Shown: piece by piece, positions 17,345-26,586 of the stretch
How the letters are laid out: each line of letters opens with the position of its first letter
How positions within the stretch are numbered: the stretch's first letter is position 1
Assembly (NCBI GenBank): GCA_965140415.1
Contig: OZ223209.1
Span: forward strand, 4,288,001-4,352,000
Reading direction: 5' to 3'
DNA length: 64,000 bases
Origin: Myxococcota bacterium
GTDB lineage: Bacteria > Myxococcota_A > SURF-8
The notes under the pieces: generated by a model
Seen by the model: the letters and a program-made list of their open reading frames with translations, nothing else
Databases searched by the model: none
Told to the model about the DNA's origin: nothing
Position numbers and translations under genes: made by a program

Positions 17345-18766
17345 TCAGCGTCGCCTTACAAATTCCTGAATCAGCCAATCTTCCACTTGATTGAAAGCGG
17401 TCGATCGGTTGGACGCGAAATTGTAATAATTGCGCCATCCTTTTACACTTTCTTGGCAGCGATTGAAGATTTCGGAATCTGGCAGTGTTTCTTGCAATAG
17501 ATCGATCTTCTCTTGGAGTCGCTTTATTTTTCGCGTGATGGCCTCGGGTGGAATCGACAACTCGCATCCACCAGGGTCACTTCGGTTTGGCTGGCGAGCG
17601 TGAAAACGATAACCAAGGAAATCAAATGGCTCGCGTAGCGACTGGACCTTTGTTTTTCCCATGTTAAGCGTCAAATGAAGCTCAACATCGAGAAAGCGTT
17701 CCATTGCCAGTTTCTCTGTTTCCGCCTCCTCCTCGGTCGACGCGCATAGGATCCGAAAATCGTCAGCGTACCGAAATGGAACAAACACAGGAAGCCGTTT
17801 TCGGCGATCCCATTCTCGTCTGGCCCAAGCACGATGGGGAGTGTCTTCGTAAGGCCACTGAATCCACCTACAGTAATGATCGTCCAGCTCGTGAAGCATG
17901 ACGTTCATGAGGAGCGGGGATAAAACGGCCCCCTGGGGCAAACCGACATCCGGTTCAATTTCCAGTCCCTCGGAAAATATCTTCGCGGCAAGAAACCGCT
18001 CAATCAGATCGAGAAGCTTTTTGTCGCGTAGATGAAGTCGAATCAGGTTCAGTAGGAGTTCATGGTCAACTGACCCGAACGCATCCTGAACGTCACCAAC
18101 AATGACAAATTCAAAGGGAGAAGGCACGTCAGCATCACTGCCGGAAGGGCTCAGTAACTTCCTGGTTGCTGCAACTGCATTGAGCGCACTTCGATTTTGC
18201 CGGAACCCATACGAACAGTCGTAAAAAGTTGGGTCAAAGATAGGATCCAACACATTCAAAAGCGCTCCCTGAACCACCCTGTCGGAAATTACAGGAATAC
18301 CCAGAGGGCGCTTTTGCGTTGGATCACTGCTTTTGGGAATCTCCACCAAACGAACTGGCTGTGGAGTGTACGTTCCAGTTTTGAGTTGCCGGTATATATC
18401 AAGAAGGAAGCCATGCTCGCCGTGGTCTGAATCCAGTACGGTCTGCACGGTCCGTTCATCTACGCCCGGCGTCGACGATCCCGAATTCACGGCGACACGA
18501 CGCCAGGCCAACATGAGCGACGCAGGGGAAATGGCCAGATTGAACAGGTCGCGATAGACAATGTCTTCGTCGGCCTCACGCCAAGCGCGAATCTTTTCCT
18601 GGAACGAGCGCACAATCTGGCGCGCATTTTCGATGCACGGGAACAACACTATGTTCTTGCCGTATGGCACGTGCTTCCTTCGCGCGACCGGCGCACTTTC
18701 TGGCGCAACTTCCTGCGTACGACGATGGCCAGGAGCAGAGTCTGTGTATGACCCTGAGCCAACCAT
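17345..18766 (-). CDS. Group II intron-type reverse transcriptase without detectable intron RNA
   Basis: RT0 AWRRVAVNSGSSTPGVD, RT1 YTPQPVRLVEIPK, RT2 RPLGIPVISDRVVQ, RT2a SYGFR, RT3 GDVQDAF, RT4 GLPQGAVLSPLLMN, RT5 RYADDF, RT7 FDFLGY, thumb GWRNYY; no HNH/En domain. Confidence 0.93.
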   Translation of the reverse strand: MVGSGSYTDSAPGHRRTQEVAPESAPVARRKHVPYGKNIVLFPCIENARQIVRSFQEKIRAWREADEDIVYRDLFNLAISPASLMLAWRRVAVNSGSSTPGVDERTVQTVLDSDHGEHGFLLDIYRQLKTGTYTPQPVRLVEIPKSSDPTQKRPLGIPVISDRVVQGALLNVLDPIFDPTFYDCSYGFRQNRSALNAVAATRKLLSPSGSDADVPSPFEFVIVGDVQDAFGSVDHELLLNLIRLHLRDKKLLDLIERFLAAKIFSEGLEIEPDVGLPQGAVLSPLLMNVMLHELDDHYCRWIQWPYEDTPHRAWARREWDRRKRLPVFVPFRYADDFRILCASTEEEAETEKLAMERFLDVELHLTLNMGKTKVQSLREPFDFLGYRFHARQPNRSDPGGCELSIPPEAITRKIKRLQEKIDLLQETLPDSEIFNRCQESVKGWRNYYNFASNRSTAFNQVEDWLIQEFVRRR

Positions 18767-19041
18767 CAGATTTCCCTTTCCTGCTGGCCGCAGAGGAAGT
18801 CGATGACGTCGTCCTTCATTACGAAGACTCGTCCTCGCATTCGCACTGCTCGCAGAGGTAGGGGTTCGCGATCCGTAGAGTTTCTCTTGTAGATCGCGTT
18901 GGCGGTGAGAATACCATCGGTACCTCGTTCCACCTGCTTTGGGCGAAGCATTGGAGGGTAGTGCTCCAAGCGCTTTTCCCAGTATTCTTTTAGGTATTCG
19001 TTCGTCATTTTTTTCTTCCAGGTTAGGTCTGTCTCTTCCAT
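18766..19041 (-). CDS. Excisionase/AlpA-like small DNA-binding protein
   Basis: PPMLRPKQV...ANAIYKR...VRMRGRVFVMKDDVIDFL winged-HTH pattern; divergent from the repressor; stop overlaps the RT start (TGATG). Confidence 0.72.
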   Translation of the reverse strand: MEETDLTWKKKMTNEYLKEYWEKRLEHYPPMLRPKQVERGTDGILTANAIYKRNSTDREPLPLRAVRMRGRVFVMKDDVIDFLCGQQEREI

Positions 19042-19049
19042 CTGTGTGA

Positions 19050-19078
19050 AATATACAAAAATTCTGTTTTCATGTCAA
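19050..19078 (-). promoter_or_regulatory. Sigma70 promoter for the xis-like/RT operon
   Basis: Minus strand TTGACA-N17-TATATT with extended TG. Confidence 0.8.
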
Positions 19079-19103
19079 GCAAAATTATTATATAAAAATC
19101 TTC

Positions 19104-19132
19104 TTGATTTCCATACTACACTGTTGTATGCT
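19104..19132 (+). promoter_or_regulatory. Sigma70 promoter for repressor-integrase (predicted leaderless transcript)
   Basis: TTGATT-N17-TATGCT with extended TG; ATG begins at 19139. Confidence 0.7.
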
Positions 19133-19138
19133 CTATTC

Positions 19139-19729
19139 ATGACGACGACGAAACAAGAGACGAAACAGGAAATGCTGAGAAGACGCGCTGGTTTTTCAAG
19201 CGCTCGAAAAGTGGCAGAGAGGTTGGGTGTACCGCCAACTCGGATCTATCTATTTGAAAGGCACGGTGCGCGAGAATCGCAACTTCGGCTCACGGATGCA
19301 ATCGAATTGTCGAGATTGTACCAATGTCCGCTGTCGGAATTGCTGGACTCAGACCTGGCGGAAAAGGTTGTTTTTGCGGACAAGGACGATCGACCTTCTG
19401 AGCGACTCGGCATCCTCGAAAATCAGTTGATCCAGCTTTTTCGCGCGATGCCGCCAGCCAGCCGGTTTCAGCTCTATGTCGACTTTGTCAACCGGTACAA
19501 CCATCCATCCATTGTATATCGTGAAGCCGAACTGGAGAGGCGCGTTCTCGATGAGATGCAAGAATTGCTCAATGAAGGACAGTTCTCCAGTATTCCCAAT
19601 GGGGAAGCAATCCTCAGTGAGCTGACCAAAGAATTCGAGAATAAAAATCCAGCACTGAAGGCCGATGATGGTGCAGATAAAGAGTCTCCAAAGCCCCGCA
19701 GGCGCAGACCCCGCCGGAAAAAGACCTGA
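19139..19729 (+). CDS. XRE-family (CI-like) transcriptional repressor
   Basis: LRRRAGFSSARKVAERLGVPPTRIYLFER...LSRLYQCPLSELL HTH; no S24 peptidase motif seen. Start reassigned from 19046 to 19139. Confidence 0.82.
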   Translation: MTTTKQETKQEMLRRRAGFSSARKVAERLGVPPTRIYLFERHGARESQLRLTDAIELSRLYQCPLSELLDSDLAEKVVFADKDDRPSERLGILENQLIQLFRAMPPASRFQLYVDFVNRYNHPSIVYREAELERRVLDEMQELLNEGQFSSIPNGEAILSELTKEFENKNPALKADDGADKESPKPRRRRPRRKKT

Positions 19730-19746
19730 TCTCTAAGAAAAAAAGC

Positions 19747-20952
19747 ATGAAGGAACTCTCTAAAACAGCACAGCGCCGTTTGGCGCAGATGAACAAGCAG
19801 TTGTATCCGCTTCGGATGCGCTACCGAAAGCATGTAGGCACCTTTCAGGTACATACGCGCCGTGACGGTCGCGCTTACTGGAAATCCTTGGGGAAAGATC
19901 TAGAAATTGCCTACTCCAGATCATTGCTCATACGTCAGGAAATCAATGGCATCCCCTTGGTAGCCAAACGTAGGGCGACCTTGGCGGAATACCACCAGGA
20001 GTGGTATCTGAAGCGTGAAAGCGAACTCGCGCTGTCCACGAAGGAAGGCTATTACTACTATTGGAAGGCGACCCCCGACAACCTGAAGGAACGAGAGCTC
20101 GCAAGTATCACCGAGAGCCACGTAAAAACTGCGCTCGCCGAGATCGAAAAGCCATCGATGCGTGACCATGTGGCGGGATTCTTGAGCACCATCTTTAATA
20201 GCGCCGTAAAAGCTCAACTCATCCCGGTGAATCCGCATCCACGTGCGTATCGTAGCCGACGACGGGACGTTCCCAACATTTCCGTCGAGCAACTCTTGTC
20301 GATTTTCGACAATATTTCCGAATCAGCCCGGCCAGCCATCGTGCTTGCCGGGATGCTTGGACTTCGACGCGGTGAAATCATGCACTTGAAAATCAAGGAT
20401 TTCGATTTCGGCAAGAACCATGTCTGGGTACGAGGCTCCCGCACCGTCATTCATGGAGAACGGGCAGCAGACATTCTAAAGAAGACAAAGACAGGTAAAC
20501 CTCGTGTTCTTCCACTTCCTCTATTAGCCGTGCAATATCTTCGCCCAGCCATTGAGGGAAGAGATCCTGACGAGATGTTGTATCCTACTTTTCGCAGTGA
20601 TCTACCCAATCGTCTCCGCGTGGCCTGTAAAAAGGCGAAGGCGCCATACCTGAACCCTCACTCCCTTCGGCATGTATGCTTATCACTGCTGATGGAGACT
20701 CACGGTCCGGCGGTGGCGAAGGAATACGCAGGGCACAAGGATCTCAGTACGACGGTGGACGTGTATGGCCACCTTAGTCCCGTCTATCTGTCGCGTGTCA
20801 TGGCCCAGGCATACCTTGACCCGGAGATACGGGCTTTGCAGGAAATGGCAGAGGAGCTTGAAGAGCACGAAGACCCGAAAGTGCAGGCTCTGGCGGCCAA
20901 AGCGTCGTCAATTTGTGTCAAATGGTGTCAAGGGCAAGAAGAAAGGGCTTAG
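19747..20952 (+). CDS. int: Tyrosine recombinase/integrase
   Basis: GLRRGEI, K (KTKTGK), HSLRH, GH and VYGH catalytic residues; adjacent to the tRNA att. Confidence 0.95.
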   Translation: MKELSKTAQRRLAQMNKQLYPLRMRYRKHVGTFQVHTRRDGRAYWKSLGKDLEIAYSRSLLIRQEINGIPLVAKRRATLAEYHQEWYLKRESELALSTKEGYYYYWKATPDNLKERELASITESHVKTALAEIEKPSMRDHVAGFLSTIFNSAVKAQLIPVNPHPRAYRSRRRDVPNISVEQLLSIFDNISESARPAIVLAGMLGLRRGEIMHLKIKDFDFGKNHVWVRGSRTVIHGERAADILKKTKTGKPRVLPLPLLAVQYLRPAIEGRDPDEMLYPTFRSDLPNRLRVACKKAKAPYLNPHSLRHVCLSLLMETHGPAVAKEYAGHKDLSTTVDVYGHLSPVYLSRVMAQAYLDPEIRALQEMAEELEEHEDPKVQALAAKASSICVKWCQGQEERA

Positions 20953-20971
20953 CGAATCTCGCTAAGCCCTT
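20943..20971. terminator. Hairpin terminator between convergent integrase and tRNA
   Basis: AAGGGCTTAGCGA / TCGCTAAGCCCTT perfect 13-bp stem. Confidence 0.8.
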
Positions 20972-20979
20972 GATTTTAC

Positions 20980-21056
20980 TGGTCGGCGTGAGAGGATTTG
21001 AACCTCCGACTTCTTGGTCCCGAACCAAGCGCGCTACCAGGCTGCGCTACACGCCG
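20980..21056 (-). tRNA. tRNA-Pro(CGG)
   Basis: CGGCGTGTAGCGCAGCCTGGTAGCGCGCTTGGTTCGGGACCAAGAAGTCGGAGGTTCAAATCCTCTCACGCCGACCA; 77 nt cloverleaf with encoded CCA. Confidence 0.98.
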
Positions 21057-21278
21057 GACTGAGCGCGCTTTGTAACACTCATCCCACTACTTGTCAAGAC
21101 AATCCGGGCAAAAAAACGCGCGGTCCGATCCCATTCTCTGATTAAGCCCTACCCTTCCTACAGAACGGTGTGCAACCTGTTGTTATTCCAATATAATCCC
21201 TCGAACACAATCATATTTTCAAGAAAACGTTCCTTGATTCCAAGCTCAATTAGAGGACCTCAAGCGCCGCTTCTTCGA

Positions 21279-22325
21279 TCAATACTCGATGTATTTATAC
21301 AGCGAGTAGGTCAACGTTAACAAGAGTGTGTTCTGAATTTGCCAATCATTGACAACCTGCGGCTCTCTGATCGCACTGAACAGATACGACAAAGCCAGCC
21401 ATTCGGTGAAGCGCACGTCCAATCCTGCACCGAGTTTGACATTCAAGCGGTCGATACCTTCCACCGTCGTGCTGTCCGGGTCCATCCAGAAGGGCATCAT
21501 CAGCTCCGCCCGAACCTGATAGGTCAACTTGTCCTCCCATACGTCTCCCCACAATTTCCAGATATTCTCACCACCAAGCTGGTAGCTGTTCTCAAGTTCG
21601 GTCAATTCGATTTCCGCGGTAGCATCATCGTCGGTAATGCTTAAATCACCTTCATCAAAGGTCTGCCAGGCAGCGAAACCGATCAGAATTTCCAGGTTCA
21701 CTTCCTTGCTCGCCACCGGACGGAAGAAAGGACCAAAGCCCTCTTTCAAGGTCGTCGGAGAGAAATAGTCGGTCAATTTTACACGATCCTTGGAAAACAG
21801 GGTTTCGCTGCTGCCATCCAGATAAGTAATCACATAATCTTTTTTATCGGTCTGATAATCATGACCCGGGAAAATCTTGCTGTCCAAAGCCAAACGGCCA
21901 TAAAGACCGACCCACTCTTTGAAGTAGTACATGTACATGCTTTCAAATTGCAATTTGTCCGTCGAAATAATGAATTCATCGATCGCCGGGGTGCGTGAAA
22001 TCGCTTCGGAAAGCATCAAGGTGTTACGCCACTCGTGCTTGTCTTTTTTCAGCAATGCTTCAAGGTTGAAACTCAATCCGAAGGTAAATGTCATACCATC
22101 CGGTTGCCCGACCACGGTGCGACTGTCACTGAAACTGATAGTGGCATTGGGCTTGAAGCGAATATGCCAGCCGTTGGGAAGCGACTTGTTATCCTCTTTC
22201 GCCTTATCCAGCGCCGCAACGGCCTCTTCCGTTCCGGTATCCTGGGCGAAACTCGTAGCAGAGAAAAAACTCATGAGTAATAACGCGACAATTACCCCTA
22301 CTCCCAATACCCTATTGGCTTTCAT
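21279..22325 (-). CDS. Outer membrane beta-barrel protein (DUF3078-like)
   Basis: Signal peptide, amphipathic strands, HEWRNTL...D.LQFES pattern, terminal QIQNTLLLTLTY. Confidence 0.65.
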   Translation of the reverse strand: MKANRVLGVGVIVALLLMSFFSATSFAQDTGTEEAVAALDKAKEDNKSLPNGWHIRFKPNATISFSDSRTVVGQPDGMTFTFGLSFNLEALLKKDKHEWRNTLMLSEAISRTPAIDEFIISTDKLQFESMYMYYFKEWVGLYGRLALDSKIFPGHDYQTDKKDYVITYLDGSSETLFSKDRVKLTDYFSPTTLKEGFGPFFRPVASKEVNLEILIGFAAWQTFDEGDLSITDDDATAEIELTELENSYQLGGENIWKLWGDVWEDKLTYQVRAELMMPFWMDPDSTTVEGIDRLNVKLGAGLDVRFTEWLALSYLFSAIREPQVVNDWQIQNTLLLTLTYSLYKYIEY

Positions 22326-22714
22326 CAGATATCCTTTCGCTTGATGTAAGACTGCTGTTTCCCCATATACGTCGTCTGAATAGATCGTTTATCCAGTTAA
22401 GAGATTGAATTCTGTTTGAAATATTTCATTCTTTTTTCGTCGCCCCATCTCCCAACCATTCAAAGGTTGTCAGATGACCCCGTTATTACCGAATGTTTTC
22501 TGCTTACGTCTTCGGATTCCCTTTCGACTCATTGATATTATATCATACCGACGACAATCGAAACAAGCCCCGATACAGCATACAAATGTATCCATCTATC
22601 AAACCTGTTTTCTTGCAGACTCGATTCACGCTACCCCCAGCAATATGAACTTTTAGTTTCCTTCAACCTACGCTATAGGTATAATTCACCTGATAGAAAT
22701 GAGGTCGAGGTATT

Positions 22715-23854
22715 ATGACGACTGAAGATATTAAAAAACTGAAGCAGCGTGTGGCCCAGTTGGAAGATGAAAATGGGCGTTTGCTAGCCAAAATGGAGCG
22801 CATGGAGCTACAGCAAAGCCATCCATCCTCCATGAAAACCATTCACGGTCTGTCCGTAATGGTGCTTCAACTGGACGCAAACGGCAATGTCACCTATCTA
22901 AACAGTGCATTCGAGGAGCACCTGGGGCTTAAACGCAGCAGCGTACTCGGTCAACCGCTGGACACGGTAGACGTCACCAAACTCGGTAAGGGACATCTTC
23001 GTTTGATATACAATCAGGCGATCTCATCTCAAGAGGAAGTCGTTGCGGATCACCACTACAACGATCCCGTCACAGGAAAGATGCGGTACGTCAAAGTGAC
23101 GGCGACCGCCCAACCAACCGGTGGCCAGATCATGATCGAGGATCAGTCCTCTTTCAAACGCCTGGAAACAAGTTTCAAGCGTTACGTTTCGCCAAAAGTC
23201 ATCGATCAACTGCTGCGCAGCGACTTCGACTTCTTCCGCCCGGAAAAATATGAACTGACCGTCCTCTTCGCCGACTTGCGTGGCTTCACCAAGCTTTGTA
23301 CCCGATTGACGCCGGAAGAAATCAAGCGCCTGATCGACCGCTTTTTAAGCGTCATGATGCGCATCATCATCGACGAAGAAGCCACCGTGGACAAGGTAGT
23401 CGGAGACGAGGTCATGGCGCTGTTCGGTGCGCCCATCCGTTATGAAGATCATGCCGTGCGTGCGGTCAACGCCGCATTGAAAATGCAGAAAGTGCATCAG
23501 CAGATCATGGAAGAATGGCACCTTGCCGGGCTGGACAACCCACCGCCGATGGGCATCGGCATCAATACCGGCGAAATGATCGTGGGCAATATCGGCAGCG
23601 AACTACGTATGGATTACACCGTACTCGGACACCATGTGAATCTCGCCAGCCGCCTGTGCAACTCCGCTCGCGGTGGAGAAATCCTGATTTCGCCGCGCAC
23701 CTTCGACTTGACTCGCAACTCCTTGCAGGTCAATCCAAACGCCATCAGCCATTCGGTGAAATTTCGCAGCTCTGCGGAAATCTTCGCCAAAGGCATCGAT
23801 GCGCCGATCCGGCCGATCAGCGTGGTTCCGGTTTCGGCAAAAGCAAGCGGTTAA
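22715..23854 (+). CDS. PAS-domain adenylate/guanylate cyclase (class III)
   Basis: VLFADLRGFT, DKVVGDEVMALFGAP, GIGINTG, YTVLGHHVNLASRL. Confidence 0.92.
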   Translation: MTTEDIKKLKQRVAQLEDENGRLLAKMERMELQQSHPSSMKTIHGLSVMVLQLDANGNVTYLNSAFEEHLGLKRSSVLGQPLDTVDVTKLGKGHLRLIYNQAISSQEEVVADHHYNDPVTGKMRYVKVTATAQPTGGQIMIEDQSSFKRLETSFKRYVSPKVIDQLLRSDFDFFRPEKYELTVLFADLRGFTKLCTRLTPEEIKRLIDRFLSVMMRIIIDEEATVDKVVGDEVMALFGAPIRYEDHAVRAVNAALKMQKVHQQIMEEWHLAGLDNPPPMGIGINTGEMIVGNIGSELRMDYTVLGHHVNLASRLCNSARGGEILISPRTFDLTRNSLQVNPNAISHSVKFRSSAEIFAKGIDAPIRPISVVPVSAKASG

Positions 23855-23858
23855 ACGA

Positions 23859-24764
23859 TTAGGGCGTTGCGGCGTCCCGGTTTTTCAGCACACCTTTAAC
23901 GAACAACTCTCCAGCACGGTAGCTGCTGCGCACCAAAGGTCCGGCAGCGACGTAACGGAATCCCAGTTCACGTCCACGCGCTTCCAACTGCTCGAATTCT
24001 TCCGGCCTGTAGTAACGCTCCACCGGCAAATGCCTCGCACTCGGGCGCAGATACTGACCAAAAGTTAAAATATCCGTATGTACTTCCAACAGGTCGTGCA
24101 TGGTGGCGTCCAGTTCGTCCAGGCTCTCTCCAAGCCCAACCATCAGCGAGGACTTCGTCAACATCTGCGAATCGATCTCTTTGATCATTCGAAGTACGTC
24201 CAATGAGCGACGATAGCTGGCTCGCCTGTCCCGCGCCAGCGGAGTCAAGCACTCCACCACTTCCAGATTATGCGCGATCACCTCCGGATGTGATTGAATG
24301 AGGGTTTCAAGACTCTCTCGCTGACCACCGAAATCGGGTACAAGCACTTCCACCTTGATGTCACGCGGCATGGTTTTGATTTGGGAAACCGTCTGCGCAA
24401 AGTGCGCCGCGCCGCCATCGGGCAAATCGTCCCGATCCACCGATGTCAGCACCACATAATCCAATTCAAGCTCCGCCACCGCCTGGGCGACATGTTCCGG
24501 TTCCGATTCATCCAGAACACCTTTTGGATTGCCGGTCTTCACCGCACAGAAACGACAACCACGGGTACAGGTATCGCCCATAATCATGATCGTGGCCGTC
24601 CCACCGCCCCAGCACTCGGCCATATTCGGACAGAGCGCTTCGCGGCAGACCGTATGCAGATCCAGGGTTTTCAATCGATTTTGAATGAATGCATAACGCT
24701 CGCCGCCTGCCGGGCGAAATTTCAACCAGTCCGGTTTCGGTTCTTTGTTTGCAGTCCTTGGCAC
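23859..24764 (-). CDS. lipA: Lipoyl synthase
   Basis: CREALCPNMAECW, CTRGCRFC and RSSY motifs. Confidence 0.97.
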   Translation of the reverse strand: MPRTANKEPKPDWLKFRPAGGERYAFIQNRLKTLDLHTVCREALCPNMAECWGGGTATIMIMGDTCTRGCRFCAVKTGNPKGVLDESEPEHVAQAVAELELDYVVLTSVDRDDLPDGGAAHFAQTVSQIKTMPRDIKVEVLVPDFGGQRESLETLIQSHPEVIAHNLEVVECLTPLARDRRASYRRSLDVLRMIKEIDSQMLTKSSLMVGLGESLDELDATMHDLLEVHTDILTFGQYLRPSARHLPVERYYRPEEFEQLEARGRELGFRYVAAGPLVRSSYRAGELFVKGVLKNRDAATP

Positions 24765-24842
24765 AACATGCTTCCTTTCGCAAAAAGACCGCGATTCACG
24801 GCTACGGTGCTAACACGAACGGGGCGCTTCGTCAATCGGCAA

Positions 24843-25517
24843 TCAACGCAAAGGAAAAGCGGATTCGCAGCGGCTCTGTATGCCATCACAACAGATTTCA
24901 CCCTCGGTAAGATTCACGGCTCCGGCAGCCTGCCCCGGATGTCCTTCTTCTTCAAGCACGTACCAGAATTTTCCATATTGAATCTGCAAATCCGGACAGG
25001 CGGAACGAAAAGAGGTGGTTTGACAGCTTTCTTCCAGCCGCGCTCGAATCGTCGCTTCTGTCTCACCAAGTTCGACCGGCAATGGCAGGCAGTTCTGTTG
25101 TTGTAAGGCATCCCGAATGACTTCACGCAACGCTTCTTCCTGGATCTCTTCAGCCACTTCAATCTCGCAGGTCAAACGCACCAGCATCCAGTCGAATACA
25201 TAGTAATAGTCGATCTGCAAAACGGAATCTAAATAACTGATGCCGGTTACGGCAAACGCCTGATCGAAAAACGTATCACTCACTCCGAGCAAGTCGGCGT
25301 ATTCATCGTGCCAAAGTTCCATCAACCAGCTCAACTCGTCAGTTTGGGGGGTAACGGGGGAAAGCCGATCGATCCCGCAAGCTGCCAACACGTTGGCCAA
25401 TCCCTGGGAATAGTCGCGATTCAACTCCACGTTTTCATATTCGGTGCACGTTGCAGACAACAATATCAAGCAACAGACCAGCCCCAAACGAACGGATTGT
25501 ATCATTCGGTTTTTCAT
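24843..25517 (-). CDS. Hypothetical exported/lipoprotein
   Basis: N-terminal hydrophobic segment ending SATC; 224 aa. Confidence 0.55.
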   Translation of the reverse strand: MKNRMIQSVRLGLVCCLILLSATCTEYENVELNRDYSQGLANVLAACGIDRLSPVTPQTDELSWLMELWHDEYADLLGVSDTFFDQAFAVTGISYLDSVLQIDYYYVFDWMLVRLTCEIEVAEEIQEEALREVIRDALQQQNCLPLPVELGETEATIRARLEESCQTTSFRSACPDLQIQYGKFWYVLEEEGHPGQAAGAVNLTEGEICCDGIQSRCESAFPLR

Positions 25518-25739
25518 GTTTCGATGGTCGCATACTTCATGGATTCAAGCAAGTGCCCAGAAACATACAGTGAAAGAAGATGGGAGTACTTAGACAAAAT
25601 AGTAGGCGCTTATCAAAGCAGAAGTGGAAGTATCGTATCCTGTGTAAGTCACACCGATGAGACATGCCACGCAAGATTCGGACAATTCGACATCCCCTGT
25701 CGATCCAGCCGCCCCTGCGTCACACTTCCAACGGAAGGA

Positions 25740-25931
25740 TCAGGTCAGCTTTTCGAACAGATCATGTACGTCCTCTGATCCTTCACTTTCGTTCGCCGAA
25801 CGCGGATCATCGCAATGAGCGAAGAATTCCTCTTCCATGATGTCTTCCAGATTCTTGTAGAAGCTCTTCACTCGCAGATATTCCTCACGTTCGAAATCTG
25901 CAAATGATGCGTACCGCTTAGGCTTGGACAT
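25740..25931 (-). CDS. Small acidic hypothetical protein
   Basis: GGAGG RBS before MSKPKRYASFADFEREE; C-terminal part of the 25740..26210 ORF. Confidence 0.6.
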   Translation of the reverse strand: MSKPKRYASFADFEREEYLRVKSFYKNLEDIMEEEFFAHCDDPRSANESEGSEDVHDLFEKLT

Positions 25932-25969
25932 GGCGTTCCTCCCTTTTGCCTCGATCTCCATGACTATCG

Positions 25970-26167
25970 CTACCCCTGCCGCCACTTCTCGACAGTAAAT
26001 GCCGTCCCCTTGAATTCCTGGCGGTATTTGTACAACAGATCCGCCACCGCCTCGCGCAGATACTCGCTTTGGGTAATGCGGGTTCGTTGAGACAACACCT
26101 GCAACATTTCCTTGTGTTCCCGCGGAATCACAACATTGGTGGCAATCATTTCTTGGCGTTCTTTCAT
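25970..26167 (-). CDS. Ribbon-helix-helix DNA-binding protein
   Basis: IATNVVIPREHKEMLQVLSQRTRITQSEYLREAVADLL (strand-helix-helix); GGAGG RBS. Confidence 0.78.
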   Translation of the reverse strand: MKERQEMIATNVVIPREHKEMLQVLSQRTRITQSEYLREAVADLLYKYRQEFKGTAFTVEKWRQG

Positions 26168-26586
26168 CGATCCTCCGCATCATCGAACGATACACAACAA
26201 CATAATTCAACAGAAGATATGATAATTTAAGACATTGCTTGGTAATAGTATATAGTTAGGACTTGTATGGATGTCAACATAAAAATACAAGATTATAGAA
26301 GTAGCCATTACGAAACGGCTTCGTTATTCTTTTAAGGATTGATTTGTGAGTTTCATTTTGTTGAAGATAGAAAAGTCACAAGTTGATTCTGGCGCTTAAA
26401 TAGCGCCGTCGTTCAGAAGGCACAACCGAAGAGTTCCATGTGATTTCTAAATGGAGTTTCGTTTCTGGAGCTACTATTCCTTAGCAAGGATGCCCTTTTA
26501 TAGAGGCAAGGCGCATGTCTAACGAAAAGCCAATAAAACGGCAGATAACCTTCTCGATTCGAATGAACGGAGTTGGAAGTTTCTCG

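Larger units (their letters stand above)
4546..21026. mobile_element. Integrative genomic island in tRNA-Pro(CGG), ~16.4 kb
   Basis: 51-bp flanking direct repeat including the tRNA 3' end, adjacent tyrosine integrase, repressor and xis-like pair, defence cargo and mixed base composition. Confidence 0.95.

Noticed and set aside
17345-18766. Retron, DGR or CRISPR-associated RT
   Set aside because: Motifs are intron-IEP type (RT0, GLPQG, FLGY) rather than retron VTG or DGR-type. No TR/VR repeat pair, avd, cas1 or array was seen in the window.
17200-19041. Complete group II intron around the RT
   Set aside because: No domain V (GAGCCG...GAAA...CGGTTC-type) or domain VI seen downstream. The GTGCG at ~18846 (minus) lies inside the xis-like gene and too close to the RT to fit domains I-III.
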